DNA from: Arcobacteraceae bacterium
Lineage (GTDB): Bacteria; Campylobacterota; Campylobacteria; Campylobacterales; Arcobacteraceae
Direction: 5' to 3'
Length of the DNA: 64,000 bases
Assembly: GCA_963662945.1 (NCBI GenBank)
Contig: OY759974.1
Span: forward strand, 768,001-832,000
The notes under the pieces were generated by a model. The model ran no database searches. It saw nothing but the letters and a program-made list of their open reading frames with translations, and was not told the DNA's origin. Shown here piece by piece: positions 9,819 through 19,528 of this stretch. The stretch's first letter is position 1; the number at the start of each line of letters is the position of its first letter. A program made the translations under genes and the position numbers.

Positions 9819-10802
9819 ATGATGAGTCACAAACATGGAATAAAAAAATTAACATTTAAAGTTTTTAGATTTAACAAAGATACAGATTATCTCCCACACT
9901 ATGATACTATAGAGATGGATGTAAATCAAGACGAACTTGTACTTGATGTAATGAATAGAATCAAATGGGAACATGATGGAAGCTTCTCATACAGAAGAAG
10001 TTGTAGACATGGTATTTGTGGAAGCTGTGCAGTAAAAGTAAATCAAAAACCAACGCTTGCTTGTAAAGACAACGTATTTGATCTTGTTGAAATTTTTGGA
10101 GAAGAGTTAACACTTGAGCCTCAAGATATCAAAAGAGCATACAAAGATATGGTAATAGATAAATCAAACTTCTGGGAAAAATATGACGCTGTAAAACCTT
10201 ATGTTGTTACAGATATCGACGAGTTCCCAACACAAGAAAACATTGTAACACAAGAAGAAGCTGAACTTATAGATGAAGCTGATTATTGTATTGCCTGTGG
10301 AAACTGTTTCTTTGCATGTCCTGCTGTTGAAGTAAACAGTGATTATCTTGGACCTATGGCATTAACAAAAGCATGGAGATTTAATGCTGATGTTAGAGAT
10401 AATGCGCAACACGAAAGATTAGATACTTTGCAAAAATTAGGTTCAGGTATTTGGGATTGTGTTAAATGTAATGAATGTGCTGAAGCTTGTCCAAAAGAAT
10501 TAGACCCTATAGGGAAAATTACAAAATTACATCTACAAACATTCCAAGAAGAAAAATCTCTTAATAATGTTGCAGTAAGACATGCAGTTGGATTTAAATG
10601 GTCTATTAAAAAACATGGTATCTTAGATGAAGGTGAACTTGTAAGATATAGTGAAGGTAATATTGGTGTTCTAAAACATATTCCTGAAGCAATACCAATG
10701 TTTTTACGAGGAAAATTAGTAATGCCTTGGAATATGCCAAAATCTAAAAATTTAGATGAAATTAAAAAACTTGTTGAAATTGCTTCAACAGTGAAGTATT
10801 AG
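9819..10802 (+). CDS. sdhB: Succinate dehydrogenase/fumarate reductase Fe-S subunit (type E)
   Basis: SCRHGICGSC [2Fe-2S], CIACGNCFFACP and CVKCNECAEACP (four-Cys third cluster). Confidence 0.93.
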   Translation: MMSHKHGIKKLTFKVFRFNKDTDYLPHYDTIEMDVNQDELVLDVMNRIKWEHDGSFSYRRSCRHGICGSCAVKVNQKPTLACKDNVFDLVEIFGEELTLEPQDIKRAYKDMVIDKSNFWEKYDAVKPYVVTDIDEFPTQENIVTQEEAELIDEADYCIACGNCFFACPAVEVNSDYLGPMALTKAWRFNADVRDNAQHERLDTLQKLGSGIWDCVKCNECAEACPKELDPIGKITKLHLQTFQEEKSLNNVAVRHAVGFKWSIKKHGILDEGELVRYSEGNIGVLKHIPEAIPMFLRGKLVMPWNMPKSKNLDEIKKLVEIASTVKY

Positions 10803-10811
10803 GAGTAAAGA

Positions 10812-11696
10812 ATGGAAAAATTAAAATATGCATTATACACTGGTTGTACAGCAAGAGAATCAACTCCTGAACTTTTGAAATCAACAATGGCAATTGCTGA
10901 TAAACTTGGTATAGAACTTGTTTTATTAGACGAAGCAAGTTGTTGTGGAGCAAGCCATTTACAAGATTTTGATGATATGTTATCACTCACTTTAAATGCA
11001 AGAAATATTTGCTATGCAGAGAAACTAGGACTTACAATGGTAACTATTTGTAATACTTGTCAATTAAACACAGCACTTACAAAAGATAGACTTGATAGTG
11101 ATCTAGAATTAAAAGCTAAAGTAAATGAAAAATTAGCAGAAATAGGACTTGAATATAAAGGGACTAGCGAAGTAAAACATTTCTTATATGCATTACAAGA
11201 TGATTATGGATATGATAATATTGCTGCTAAAGTTACAAATCCAATCTCAGATATAAATGTTGCATCATTTTATGGTTGTCATAATATTAGACCAAGCCAT
11301 TTACAAAATAAATCAAATGGAACTGAAAACCCATATAAACCAACTTCATTAGATAACTTAGTAGTTGCACTTGGTGGAAATGCAGTTGAATATGAATCAA
11401 AAAACAAATGTTGTGGTTTTCACGTTGAATTACAAAATCCACAAACAGCAAATAGATTAAGTGGAACTGCTATGTTAGATGCAATTGATAACAACGCTGA
11501 TATGATGGTAACACCTTGTCCATTATGTCATTTAAGAATGGACGTACAACAACATGGTATTAGTAAAGAGATGGGAAGACCTGTAGATATTGCAGTACTT
11601 CACTTACCACAAATGGTTGGAATTGCTCTTGGAATTGCACCTAAAGATTTAGGACTAAATCATAATGTTAATCAAACAGGATTAAATGTAAAATAA
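10812..11696 (+). CDS. sdhE: CCG-domain (HdrB-like) anchor subunit of type-E succinate:quinone oxidoreductase
   Basis: Two CCG domains: YTGC...CCGA...CNTC and FYGC...CCGF...CPLC. Confidence 0.88.
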   Translation: MEKLKYALYTGCTARESTPELLKSTMAIADKLGIELVLLDEASCCGASHLQDFDDMLSLTLNARNICYAEKLGLTMVTICNTCQLNTALTKDRLDSDLELKAKVNEKLAEIGLEYKGTSEVKHFLYALQDDYGYDNIAAKVTNPISDINVASFYGCHNIRPSHLQNKSNGTENPYKPTSLDNLVVALGGNAVEYESKNKCCGFHVELQNPQTANRLSGTAMLDAIDNNADMMVTPCPLCHLRMDVQQHGISKEMGRPVDIAVLHLPQMVGIALGIAPKDLGLNHNVNQTGLNVK

Positions 11697-11699
11697 GCT

Positions 11700-13238
11700 T
11701 TAGTGCAAAGTTTCTAAACTATGCATGGAGTTCATTTTTTCTTCCTCAATATCATAAGTTTTTATATCAAAAGAGACTTCCTCTTTTGATATAATATTTT
11801 GAATCATTTTTCTATCTTGTGCACCATTAATAGCAAATTCATATCTATTTTTTATCTTTTCTATTTCTGTAATATCTGAAAATGTAGCTAAATATCTGAT
11901 TTGATTATTGATTTTTACCTTTGCTACATTTACACTAAATATATACTCTTCTGAATTTTTTAATAAAATGACTTTATGCATTTTTCTTGGATTTTCTATA
12001 ACATATTCAAACCAAAGTTTGTTTCCTATTTGCTTTTGCAAATATCCAACTCTTTTTATAAATAGTTCACAAATTGATTTATATTGTTTTTTAAAAGCAT
12101 CCAAATTATCATAACCTGTAAACTCTAAAAATTCTCTATTTGCTGTAAATACTTCTCCATTATATATTGTAAAAACAAGATTTTTAGAACCATTTTCAAC
12201 CGCTTTTAAATATGATTCATTCTCCTTTATAGTAGCAATAGTTTCTTGATAAAATGTATTTAATTCCCTTGAAAATTTCATAATAGAACCACTTACTAAA
12301 ATAAAAATAATAATTACAAATAAAATAACTATAATAATAATTTGCCATTTTGTACTATTTTGACTATGTAATCTATCTGTAATATCTTCAAAGAAAAGAT
12401 ATTTTCCCAATGTACGACCATCATAATCTCTTAAATTTTCATAATGAATAAAATACGTTCGATCTTTTAAATTAATCTGAATAGAGTCTTCAAAAGCATA
12501 TCCTTTTGGTAAAGCATCCAATAACTCTTTTGTTTTTGCATTTACTTTTGTTTGTAATCTATAGTTTCCAATTTTAAAATCTATATTTGTAGAAAAGAGT
12601 TTTAAATGTTGATCTTCTAAAAATAACATTCCCTGTTCAGTAAGCAATTCTGAAATTTGCTCAATAAAATAATTTGGATTTATACCAATACCTATAGAAC
12701 CTAAAAAATTTGTTCCATCATATAAAGGCATCATAATTCTAAATGCTGTTGCATGAAGTCCTGTTTCATATCCAATTAAAGTACTCTTGGTTTTCATCAT
12801 CTCCTGAACCATAGGTCTTAGTTTCATAATATCATCATTATAATGTTCTTTTGCATGAACTCGTAAAAATGATTTACCATCTTTTGTAATAATATGTAAT
12901 GTTGCAAAATAGGGATTTTCTCTTTTCATAAATTCAAATTTTGGCTTTAATGCTTTATATAGCCCTTCCCTATCTTTATTTGCAACATATTGTGCAACAT
13001 TTTCAATTACTAAAAGTCGTATTAATAAATTTCTATACTGTGTAATATTATGATTAAGTGTATGTTCTATGGTATTGTGGATATGTTTTTGAGATGAAGT
13101 ATTAAATTGTTCAAAACTTTTATTCTGTGCTAAATTTAAAATATAAACTAAAATAATTAAAAGGATTGAAAACACAATAACTAATGTTTTGAATATATCA
13201 GAACGTAATCGAACTGTTGTAAAATTTTCTTTCGTCAA
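11700..13238 (-). CDS. Membrane Cache + PAS sensor protein with no output domain (probably 3'-truncated)
   Basis: AAGGAG RBS and TTG start; TM-Cache (SFLRVHAKEHYNDD, GYETG)-TM-PAS (ANREFLEFTGY). The recognisable sequence stops at RYEFAINGAQD and the remaining tail crosses a terminator-like hairpin. Confidence 0.7.
   Translation of the reverse strand: MTKENFTTVRLRSDIFKTLVIVFSILLIILVYILNLAQNKSFEQFNTSSQKHIHNTIEHTLNHNITQYRNLLIRLLVIENVAQYVANKDREGLYKALKPKFEFMKRENPYFATLHIITKDGKSFLRVHAKEHYNDDIMKLRPMVQEMMKTKSTLIGYETGLHATAFRIMMPLYDGTNFLGSIGIGINPNYFIEQISELLTEQGMLFLEDQHLKLFSTNIDFKIGNYRLQTKVNAKTKELLDALPKGYAFEDSIQINLKDRTYFIHYENLRDYDGRTLGKYLFFEDITDRLHSQNSTKWQIIIIVILFVIIIFILVSGSIMKFSRELNTFYQETIATIKENESYLKAVENGSKNLVFTIYNGEVFTANREFLEFTGYDNLDAFKKQYKSICELFIKRVGYLQKQIGNKLWFEYVIENPRKMHKVILLKNSEEYIFSVNVAKVKINNQIRYLATFSDITEIEKIKNRYEFAINGAQDRKMIQNIISKEEVSFDIKTYDIEEEKMNSMHSLETLH
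11762..11794. terminator. Perfect 14-bp hairpin downstream of sdhE
   Basis: TTATATCAAAAGAG-ACTTC-CTCTTTTGATATAA, lying between convergent transcription units. Confidence 0.65.
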
Positions 13239-13391
13239 TAACTCCTTATATTAAATCATTGTAGCAAAAAAAATATAGAATTAGAATAAAATTACTATTT
13301 ACTTAAAGTTATCTATTAAAGACAATTTTTATCTTATATCTTAAATGTTTTTATAGTATACTTTTCCAAATTAAAAAACAAGGAATTTAAT

Positions 13392-13775
13392 ATGCCAAAG
13401 ATTAATAAATATGTAGATATTGACCAAGTAGAAAGAGAAGCTAAAAAAGATTTAATAGACAGACACAGCCCATTTATTCACTGTGCTAGTACTGCAACTG
13501 CAGGTGAACCTTTTGAAGTAACAGTAAAAATGGGTAACGAATATACTCATCCAGATGATTTTGATCATTATATTGAATCAGTAACACTTTTTGATGGTGA
13601 TACAATGTTAGCAAAAGCTACTTATGTACCAGGAACTTTAGGAAATACTAAGGCACACAATACTACAACTTTTACAATTATTCCAACAGGAAAAAAATTA
13701 AACCTTGTAGCACATGGTTACTGTACAAAACATGGTATCTGGGAAGGTACTCCTGTAGAAGTAACTGTTAATTAA
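13392..13775 (+). CDS. Class II superoxide reductase-like (SORL/neelaredoxin-type) protein
   Basis: DRHSPFI, HPDDFDHYIE and YCTKHGIWE metal-binding pattern. Confidence 0.85.
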   Translation: MPKINKYVDIDQVEREAKKDLIDRHSPFIHCASTATAGEPFEVTVKMGNEYTHPDDFDHYIESVTLFDGDTMLAKATYVPGTLGNTKAHNTTTFTIIPTGKKLNLVAHGYCTKHGIWEGTPVEVTVN

Positions 13776-13796
13776 TAGATTATAATTACAGTATTT

Positions 13797-13833
13797 AAAA
13801 AAGGTGAAAGTTAACGTACTTTCACCTTTTTTT
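13797..13833 (+). terminator. Rho-independent terminator
   Basis: AAAAAAGGTGAAAGT-TAACGT-ACTTTCACCTTTTTT. Confidence 0.88.
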
Positions 13834-13897
13834 ATTAATTATTATAAAATAAGATTGTTTTAGTATAATCAAAGAAAATAAATTAGGTTTATGCACA

Positions 13898-14521
13898 ATG
13901 CACTTTTTAGGATTAGATTATATTATATCATCAATAGTTTGGCTTAGTGTTATCTTTGCTCTTGTTTTCACTTTTAAGGAGCATATTAAAAAACTATTTT
14001 ATCCAAAAACTTCTCTTGACCTTTTTGTCAGTAAATTAAAACATTATTTGCAAGAAACATATCCTCTTATTAAATTTGATTTATCTATTATAGAAACTAG
14101 TAAAACTGAACAAAATCCTGATATAAGAAAATATACTATTACAGAAAATATACTTAATCAATATAAAAAACTTAAACTTGATCCAAATAAATTTCCACAA
14201 TCCACGCCTACCTCATTACGTTGGGACAGCTATATTTTTAACTGTGAACCAAATAAAGATAAACTTCCTCCAGATTGGGCAAAAAGAAAAAATGCTTTAA
14301 TAATAAGAGATCATAAAAAATGCTTGCGATGTAGCAAAACAGTTACTTTAAATACTATTGAACTTCATTTAATTCGACCAATACAAGAAGGGGGGAAATA
14401 TTATTTAGAGAATTTAATCTCAGTATGTAAAGATTGTGAAAAAATTTTAAGTAATGATCCTAAAAAAATGGCAAACCTCAATATCAAAGATGACCTTGAT
14501 TCAATAGTTCAAAAAACTTAA
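13898..14521 (+). CDS. Membrane-anchored HNH-fold protein with a degenerate active site
   Basis: N-terminal TM helix; DWAKRKNALIIRDHKKCLRC...ELHLIRPIQEGG...ENLISVCKDCE. Confidence 0.7.
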   Translation: MHFLGLDYIISSIVWLSVIFALVFTFKEHIKKLFYPKTSLDLFVSKLKHYLQETYPLIKFDLSIIETSKTEQNPDIRKYTITENILNQYKKLKLDPNKFPQSTPTSLRWDSYIFNCEPNKDKLPPDWAKRKNALIIRDHKKCLRCSKTVTLNTIELHLIRPIQEGGKYYLENLISVCKDCEKILSNDPKKMANLNIKDDLDSIVQKT

Positions 14522-14607
14522 AATGCTTGTAGAAAATGAAGCATAACCACATTTTTATCAAATTTTAGATAATATCCCCTTATTAATTGAAAAAAGGAAA
14601 TAGTAAT

Positions 14608-15462
14608 ATGACTATACTAGATGGTAAAAAATTATCAGATAAAATTAGGTCAGAAGTAAAAAATGATGTTCAAACTCTTCAACAAAAAGGTATTACTCCC
14701 GGACTTGCGGTTGTTCTAGTAGGAAGTGATCCAGCAAGTGCAGCTTATGTGAATATGAAAAGTAAAGCTTGTAAAGAAGCTGGTATTTATTCAATAGCTC
14801 ATGAAATGCCAGAAACAATTTCTCAAGAAAATATCTTAGAAATTATCCATATGATGAATAAAAATCCAAATATCGATGGAATTTTAGTACAACTTCCTCT
14901 CCCAAAGCATATCGACACAACAGCCATTTTAGAAGCAATTATCCCTGAAAAAGATGTTGATGGTTTTCACCCATATAATGTAGGAAGAGTAGTTGCAGGA
15001 CTTGATGGTTTTATTCCAGCAACTCCTTATGGTGTTATGGAACTTTTAAAAGAGTATGATATTGATCCAAAAGGGAAAAATGTTTGTGTAGTAGGTGCTA
15101 GTAATATTGTAGGAAAGCCCATGGCAACTTTACTTTTAAATGCAAATGCAACTGTTGATATTTGCCATATTTATACAAAAGATTTAAAAGCTCATACTTT
15201 AAATGCAGATATCATTTGTGTTGGTGTTGGTGTTGTAAATTTAATAACAGAAGATATGGTGAAAGATGGCGCAATTATTATAGATATTGGTATCAATCGA
15301 CTTGAAGATGGAAGATTAGTAGGAGATGTAGATTTTGATAATGTATCACCAAAAACTTCTTATATCACTCCTGTTCCTGGTGGAGTTGGTCCTATGACTA
15401 TTGCAATGCTTCTTAAAAATACGATTAAATCAGCACAACTGAGAAAACGGGAAATTAAATAA
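14608..15462 (+). CDS. folD: Bifunctional methylenetetrahydrofolate dehydrogenase/cyclohydrolase
   Basis: ILDGKKLS, YVNMKSK, LVQLPLP, KDVDGFHP, VGKPMA, TPVPGGVGPMT; ATG 14608 follows an AAGGA RBS. Confidence 0.97.
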   Translation: MTILDGKKLSDKIRSEVKNDVQTLQQKGITPGLAVVLVGSDPASAAYVNMKSKACKEAGIYSIAHEMPETISQENILEIIHMMNKNPNIDGILVQLPLPKHIDTTAILEAIIPEKDVDGFHPYNVGRVVAGLDGFIPATPYGVMELLKEYDIDPKGKNVCVVGASNIVGKPMATLLLNANATVDICHIYTKDLKAHTLNADIICVGVGVVNLITEDMVKDGAIIIDIGINRLEDGRLVGDVDFDNVSPKTSYITPVPGGVGPMTIAMLLKNTIKSAQLRKREIK

Positions 15463-16251
15463 ATGGAAAAATTAAAAAAAATATATCACTGGAGTGGTTC
15501 TTGGACTGGTACAATTGTAATAGTTTTAGGAATTATATTTTTCATAGCACAAGCTTTTGTAATACCAAGTGGAAGTATGAAAAATTCACTTCTTATCGGA
15601 GATATGCTTTTTGTAAAAAAATTTACTTATGGAATTCCAACACCAACTATTCCCTGGCTTGAACTTCAAGTTTTACCTGACTTTAATGACAATGGTCATT
15701 TAATTGAAGGAGACAAACCTCAAAGAGGTGACATAGTTGTTTTCAGATATCCTCATAATCCAAAAATTCATTATGTAAAAAGATGTGTTGCCACTGGAGG
15801 AGATATCTTATTTTTACAAAATAAAAATTTATATTTACACCCTAGTGAAGGGAATGATTTTGTAAAAGAAAATTATAAAGATCAAAAAGTAATAGAAATA
15901 AATGGGATGCTATTTGTAGAGAAGCCTTATCAAAAAGAACATCCAGGTATACATCATGATCCAAATATCACAAAAAACGGTATGCAACCATCACAACTTT
16001 TTGATATGATGCCTATCAAAGTACCAGAGGGTGAATTTTTTATGATGGGTGATAATAGAGATCATAGTAACGATAGTAGATTTTGGGGTACTGTAAAATA
16101 TAAATACATTGTAGGTACACCTTGGTTTGTATACTTTAGTTGGGATGAAAATAAAAACATTAGATGGGATAGAGTTTTTCAAACTCCAAAACAATTAGAA
16201 AATTCAAAATATATAACAAGTGAAATTAATCATAAAGAAGGGATATACTAA
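15463..16251 (+). CDS. lepB: Signal peptidase I
   Basis: IPSGSM (Ser), YVKRC (Lys), MMGDNRDHSNDSRFWG. Confidence 0.96.
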   Translation: MEKLKKIYHWSGSWTGTIVIVLGIIFFIAQAFVIPSGSMKNSLLIGDMLFVKKFTYGIPTPTIPWLELQVLPDFNDNGHLIEGDKPQRGDIVVFRYPHNPKIHYVKRCVATGGDILFLQNKNLYLHPSEGNDFVKENYKDQKVIEINGMLFVEKPYQKEHPGIHHDPNITKNGMQPSQLFDMMPIKVPEGEFFMMGDNRDHSNDSRFWGTVKYKYIVGTPWFVYFSWDENKNIRWDRVFQTPKQLENSKYITSEINHKEGIY

Positions 16252-16252
16252 A

Positions 16253-16708
16253 ATGAAATATTTTATAGGTGCAGACCATGCAGGTGTTGATTTTAAGGCA
16301 TTTGTAAAAGATTTATTTGAGAAAAGAGGACATGAAGTAATTGATATGGGACCTCAAACGAAAGATAGAGTTGATTATCCAGATTTTGCTGCAAAAGTTT
16401 GTGAGCAAGTTTTAGCAAATGAAGGTAGCAAAGGAATTTTGATTTGTGGAAGTGGGATAGGAATGTCTATGGCTGCAAATAAATTTAATGGTATTCGAGC
16501 TGCTCTTTGTCACAATGAATATAGCGCAAGAATGGCAAGAGAACATAATGATGCCAATGTACTTTGTTTAGGTGAGAGAGTAAGTGGACAAGGTATGGTA
16601 GAAGCTATTGTAGATGCTTGGCTATCAAATTCTTTTGAAGGTGGAAGACACGAAGGAAGAGTTGAAAAAATCAATGCCTTAGGTAAAATGGGAAGTTGTA
16701 GAGTATAA
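16253..16708 (+). CDS. rpiB: Ribose-5-phosphate isomerase B
   Basis: GADHAG, VDYPD, ICGSGIGMSMAANK, HNDANVL, FEGGRH; start at MKYFIG (16253). Confidence 0.96.
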   Translation: MKYFIGADHAGVDFKAFVKDLFEKRGHEVIDMGPQTKDRVDYPDFAAKVCEQVLANEGSKGILICGSGIGMSMAANKFNGIRAALCHNEYSARMAREHNDANVLCLGERVSGQGMVEAIVDAWLSNSFEGGRHEGRVEKINALGKMGSCRV

Positions 16709-16890
16709 TGACTAGACAACCACCACATGATGATTGGGTAGTTTATCTTGTAGTTTTAGGTGTCGTTGCGGCTATGATGTTAGGCAAATATCTCATAGGA
16801 AAAGGTGATGAACCTATACAAGATGTTATTCAAGAAGATATTGAAGAGTTAGAACAAATTATTGAAGAGATTGAGGAGAAAATCAAATGA
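16708..16890 (+). CDS. Small single-TM hypothetical protein with acidic tail
   Basis: Start/stop overlaps with both neighbours; one hydrophobic helix. Confidence 0.55.
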   Translation: MTRQPPHDDWVVYLVVLGVVAAMMLGKYLIGKGDEPIQDVIQEDIEELEQIIEEIEEKIK

Positions 16891-18116
16891 TTAATCCCAA
16901 AATAGTAGATTATATATTTAGTTCTGCTTCAATTCAAAGATGGAATGACTATCCAAGAATGGTAGATTTAGTTGAACTTGATAAACAAGCACATAAATTT
17001 ATAATAGCGTTTTTTATAGCAAAACTTGAAGATGATATAGATTTTACTCATCTCATAGAAGCTGGAATTTTTGAGTTTTTAAGAAGAGTTGTTGTTACAG
17101 ATATACGACCTGATGTTTTTAGAAAAGCTTTACAAAAAAAAGGCACAGAGATAAATAACTGGGTACTTGGTAAACTTGAAGATAGTCTGAAAGAGATTGA
17201 TAACGGTCTTTTTTTACAAAAGTTTAAAGAATATTTAACTGACGAAAATATGTATAAAAAAGAACGATTTGTACTCAAAGCAGCTTCATATCTTGCTACA
17301 AAATGGGAATTTGGAATAGTCTACCAAACAAGTCAATTTTTAAATGATATTGAAGAGGTAAAAAAAGAGGTTGATGCAGAGATTGAAGATTACTACGAAC
17401 TTATTGGTGTCAGAAAAATTGCATTAAATCAAAAGTTAGCAAAAATCATAGACTTAAGTGGACGACTTCGATTTCAAAAAAGATGGGCGCAAACACCAAG
17501 AATCCCAGAAACTTCAGTTTTAGGACATATGCTTACTGTTGCAATTTTTGGATATTTTTATTCTATTAAAATTAATGCTTGTGATAAAAGAATCCAAAAC
17601 AATTTTTTTGTAGCTTTATTTCACGATTTACCAGAAGCCCTTACAAGAGATATTATTAGTCCAGTTAAGTATAGTGTAGATGAATTAGCAGATATCATAG
17701 CACAATTTGAAGTAAGTCAAATAGAAGATAAAATTATGCCTTATATTCCAGCAAATTTAAAAAAAGAATTTGCTTATATTTTAGGACTTGACAAAAATAA
17801 TATCAAAGATGAATTTGAAAATAAAATTATAGAAAATAATAATATTGTAACTATCGAAGATATGTCAAAATACAATCTTGACAAATATAATCCAATAGAT
17901 GGAAAAGCATTAAAACAATGTGATAAACTTTCTGCTTTTATAGAAGCAAGTTTATCTATCTCCCATGGTATTAAATCAAAAGAATTAATCAGTGGCAAAA
18001 AACAAATAATGACATCACTGCAAACTGTTCAAGGTATTGATTTTAAAGCTATTGCTACTTCTATTGATGAAGAGTTTTGTACAACAGGGAAAACCCAAAC
18101 AACAATGGAGTTATAA
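16887..18116 (+). CDS. HD-domain (YfbR/HD_3-like) phosphohydrolase
   Basis: SIQRWND, RFQKRW...SVLGHML...FHDLPEALTRDI...QCDKLSAFIEA. Confidence 0.8.
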   Translation: MINPKIVDYIFSSASIQRWNDYPRMVDLVELDKQAHKFIIAFFIAKLEDDIDFTHLIEAGIFEFLRRVVVTDIRPDVFRKALQKKGTEINNWVLGKLEDSLKEIDNGLFLQKFKEYLTDENMYKKERFVLKAASYLATKWEFGIVYQTSQFLNDIEEVKKEVDAEIEDYYELIGVRKIALNQKLAKIIDLSGRLRFQKRWAQTPRIPETSVLGHMLTVAIFGYFYSIKINACDKRIQNNFFVALFHDLPEALTRDIISPVKYSVDELADIIAQFEVSQIEDKIMPYIPANLKKEFAYILGLDKNNIKDEFENKIIENNNIVTIEDMSKYNLDKYNPIDGKALKQCDKLSAFIEASLSISHGIKSKELISGKKQIMTSLQTVQGIDFKAIATSIDEEFCTTGKTQTTMEL

Positions 18117-18117
18117 A

Positions 18118-18399
18118 ATGGAATTTGTAGTTATATTTTTAGCAACTTTAGTTGTTGCTTACATAGTTTTAAGAAAAACAAATCATAAGATCAAACAAAC
18201 AGCAGCAAAAAAAAGTGAAATTATTGCACAATATGAAACCCAATTAAAAGAAATTTTAGAAAAACATAATGATGATAAAGTTTTACAAATAGAGCAAAAA
18301 AAACGTTATTTAAAACAATGTAATGATGAGTTATCAAGAAATATTTTTTTTACAACTGAAGAAACATCTCAAATTATTCAAAAATTGGCAGATATGTGA
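18118..18399 (+). CDS. Single-TM hypothetical protein
   Basis: ATG 18118 immediately after the upstream stop (GGAG RBS); MEFVVIFLATLVVAYIVL; ELSRNIFF. Confidence 0.6.
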   Translation: MEFVVIFLATLVVAYIVLRKTNHKIKQTAAKKSEIIAQYETQLKEILEKHNDDKVLQIEQKKRYLKQCNDELSRNIFFTTEETSQIIQKLADM

Positions 18400-19007
18400 A
18401 AGAAATCTATTTTGTTACAGCTACAAATACGGATGTAGGTAAAAGTTATGCTTGTGAAGTTTTTCTTAAAAAATTTGCACAAGATAATAAAAATGTAGGA
18501 TATTTTAAACCCATAGAAACAGGAGTTGAGACTCTACCTCAAGATGGATTAAAATTATTAAACTTAGTTCAACAACTTAACCCTTCGTTTATTCCTTCGT
18601 TAAATGATGTTGTACCTTATCAATTTAAATTACCTGCTGCTCCATTTGTTGCCAAAGGTGATAAAAAAATAGATATAAACCTCCTATTTCAGAAAGTAGA
18701 AGAACTATTAGAATATTGTGATGTTTTGATTATAGAAGGGGCTGGTGGGCTAATGGTACCAATTGAAAAAGATTTTTTTATGATTGATTTAATAAAAACT
18801 TTTCAAGATAAATTTCATTCTCAAACAATTTTAATTGCTCCTAGTAATCTTGGTAGTATTAATGATACTATGCTTTCACGTTCAATGTTAGATAAAAATC
18901 AAATTGATTATAAGTGGTATATTAATCTATATAAAGATAAAGAGAGTTTTGAAACTATAACTTTACCTTTTTATCAAGAGTACTTTGATAAAATAAATTA
19001 CCTATAA
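18396..19007 (+). CDS. bioD: Dethiobiotin synthase
   Basis: TATNTDVGKS, FKPIETG, IEGAGGLMVP, LGSIND; GTG start. Confidence 0.95.
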   Translation: MKEIYFVTATNTDVGKSYACEVFLKKFAQDNKNVGYFKPIETGVETLPQDGLKLLNLVQQLNPSFIPSLNDVVPYQFKLPAAPFVAKGDKKIDINLLFQKVEELLEYCDVLIIEGAGGLMVPIEKDFFMIDLIKTFQDKFHSQTILIAPSNLGSINDTMLSRSMLDKNQIDYKWYINLYKDKESFETITLPFYQEYFDKINYL

Positions 19008-19232
19008 AACTTTTAAATTTAATAGTATTCACAAAATCACATCATAACTTAAATATCAACAACTAATTATTAGATATTATTATAATATAAGTCAGATTGA
19101 GAGAAAATTCTTTATTGTGCTAATATGATTAATGAAATAAATTTTATCTTCATTATTTTTCATATAGCAATCCTACTTTAATCAACCAAATACAGATATT
19201 GAAGTGTTGATTAATCTTTTAAGGAGATAATT

Positions 19233-19481
19233 ATGAGTATTTCAAAAAGAAGAAACTTTTTCAAATATATGGCTGCTCTTGGCTTAATTTCATTTAGTGT
19301 TTCACCCTTAGAAGCTAAACTTACGAAAGAACAAATTAAATATCAAGATACTCCAAATTTTGATAGAAAATGTTCTGACTGCCTACACTTCTTACCAAAA
19401 ACGAATGAGTGTAAGATAGTCGAAGGGAGCATAAACCCTAATGGATGGTGTAGTGTATATGTAAAAGATCCTAATAAATAA
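19233..19481 (+). CDS. Tat-exported high-potential iron-sulfur protein (HiPIP, Iro-like)
   Basis: KRRNFFK twin-Arg signal; YQDTP...CSDCLHF...CKIVEGSINPNGWCSVY four-Cys pattern. Confidence 0.88.
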   Translation: MSISKRRNFFKYMAALGLISFSVSPLEAKLTKEQIKYQDTPNFDRKCSDCLHFLPKTNECKIVEGSINPNGWCSVYVKDPNK

Positions 19482-19493
19482 CTCGGATAAAGA

Positions 19494-19518
19494 GCTATTT
19501 CTCTTTTGAAGAAATAGC
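19494..19518. terminator. Hairpin between convergent genes
   Basis: GCTATTTCT-N7-AGAAATAGC. Confidence 0.6.
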
Positions 19519-19528
19519 CTTATTTAAA

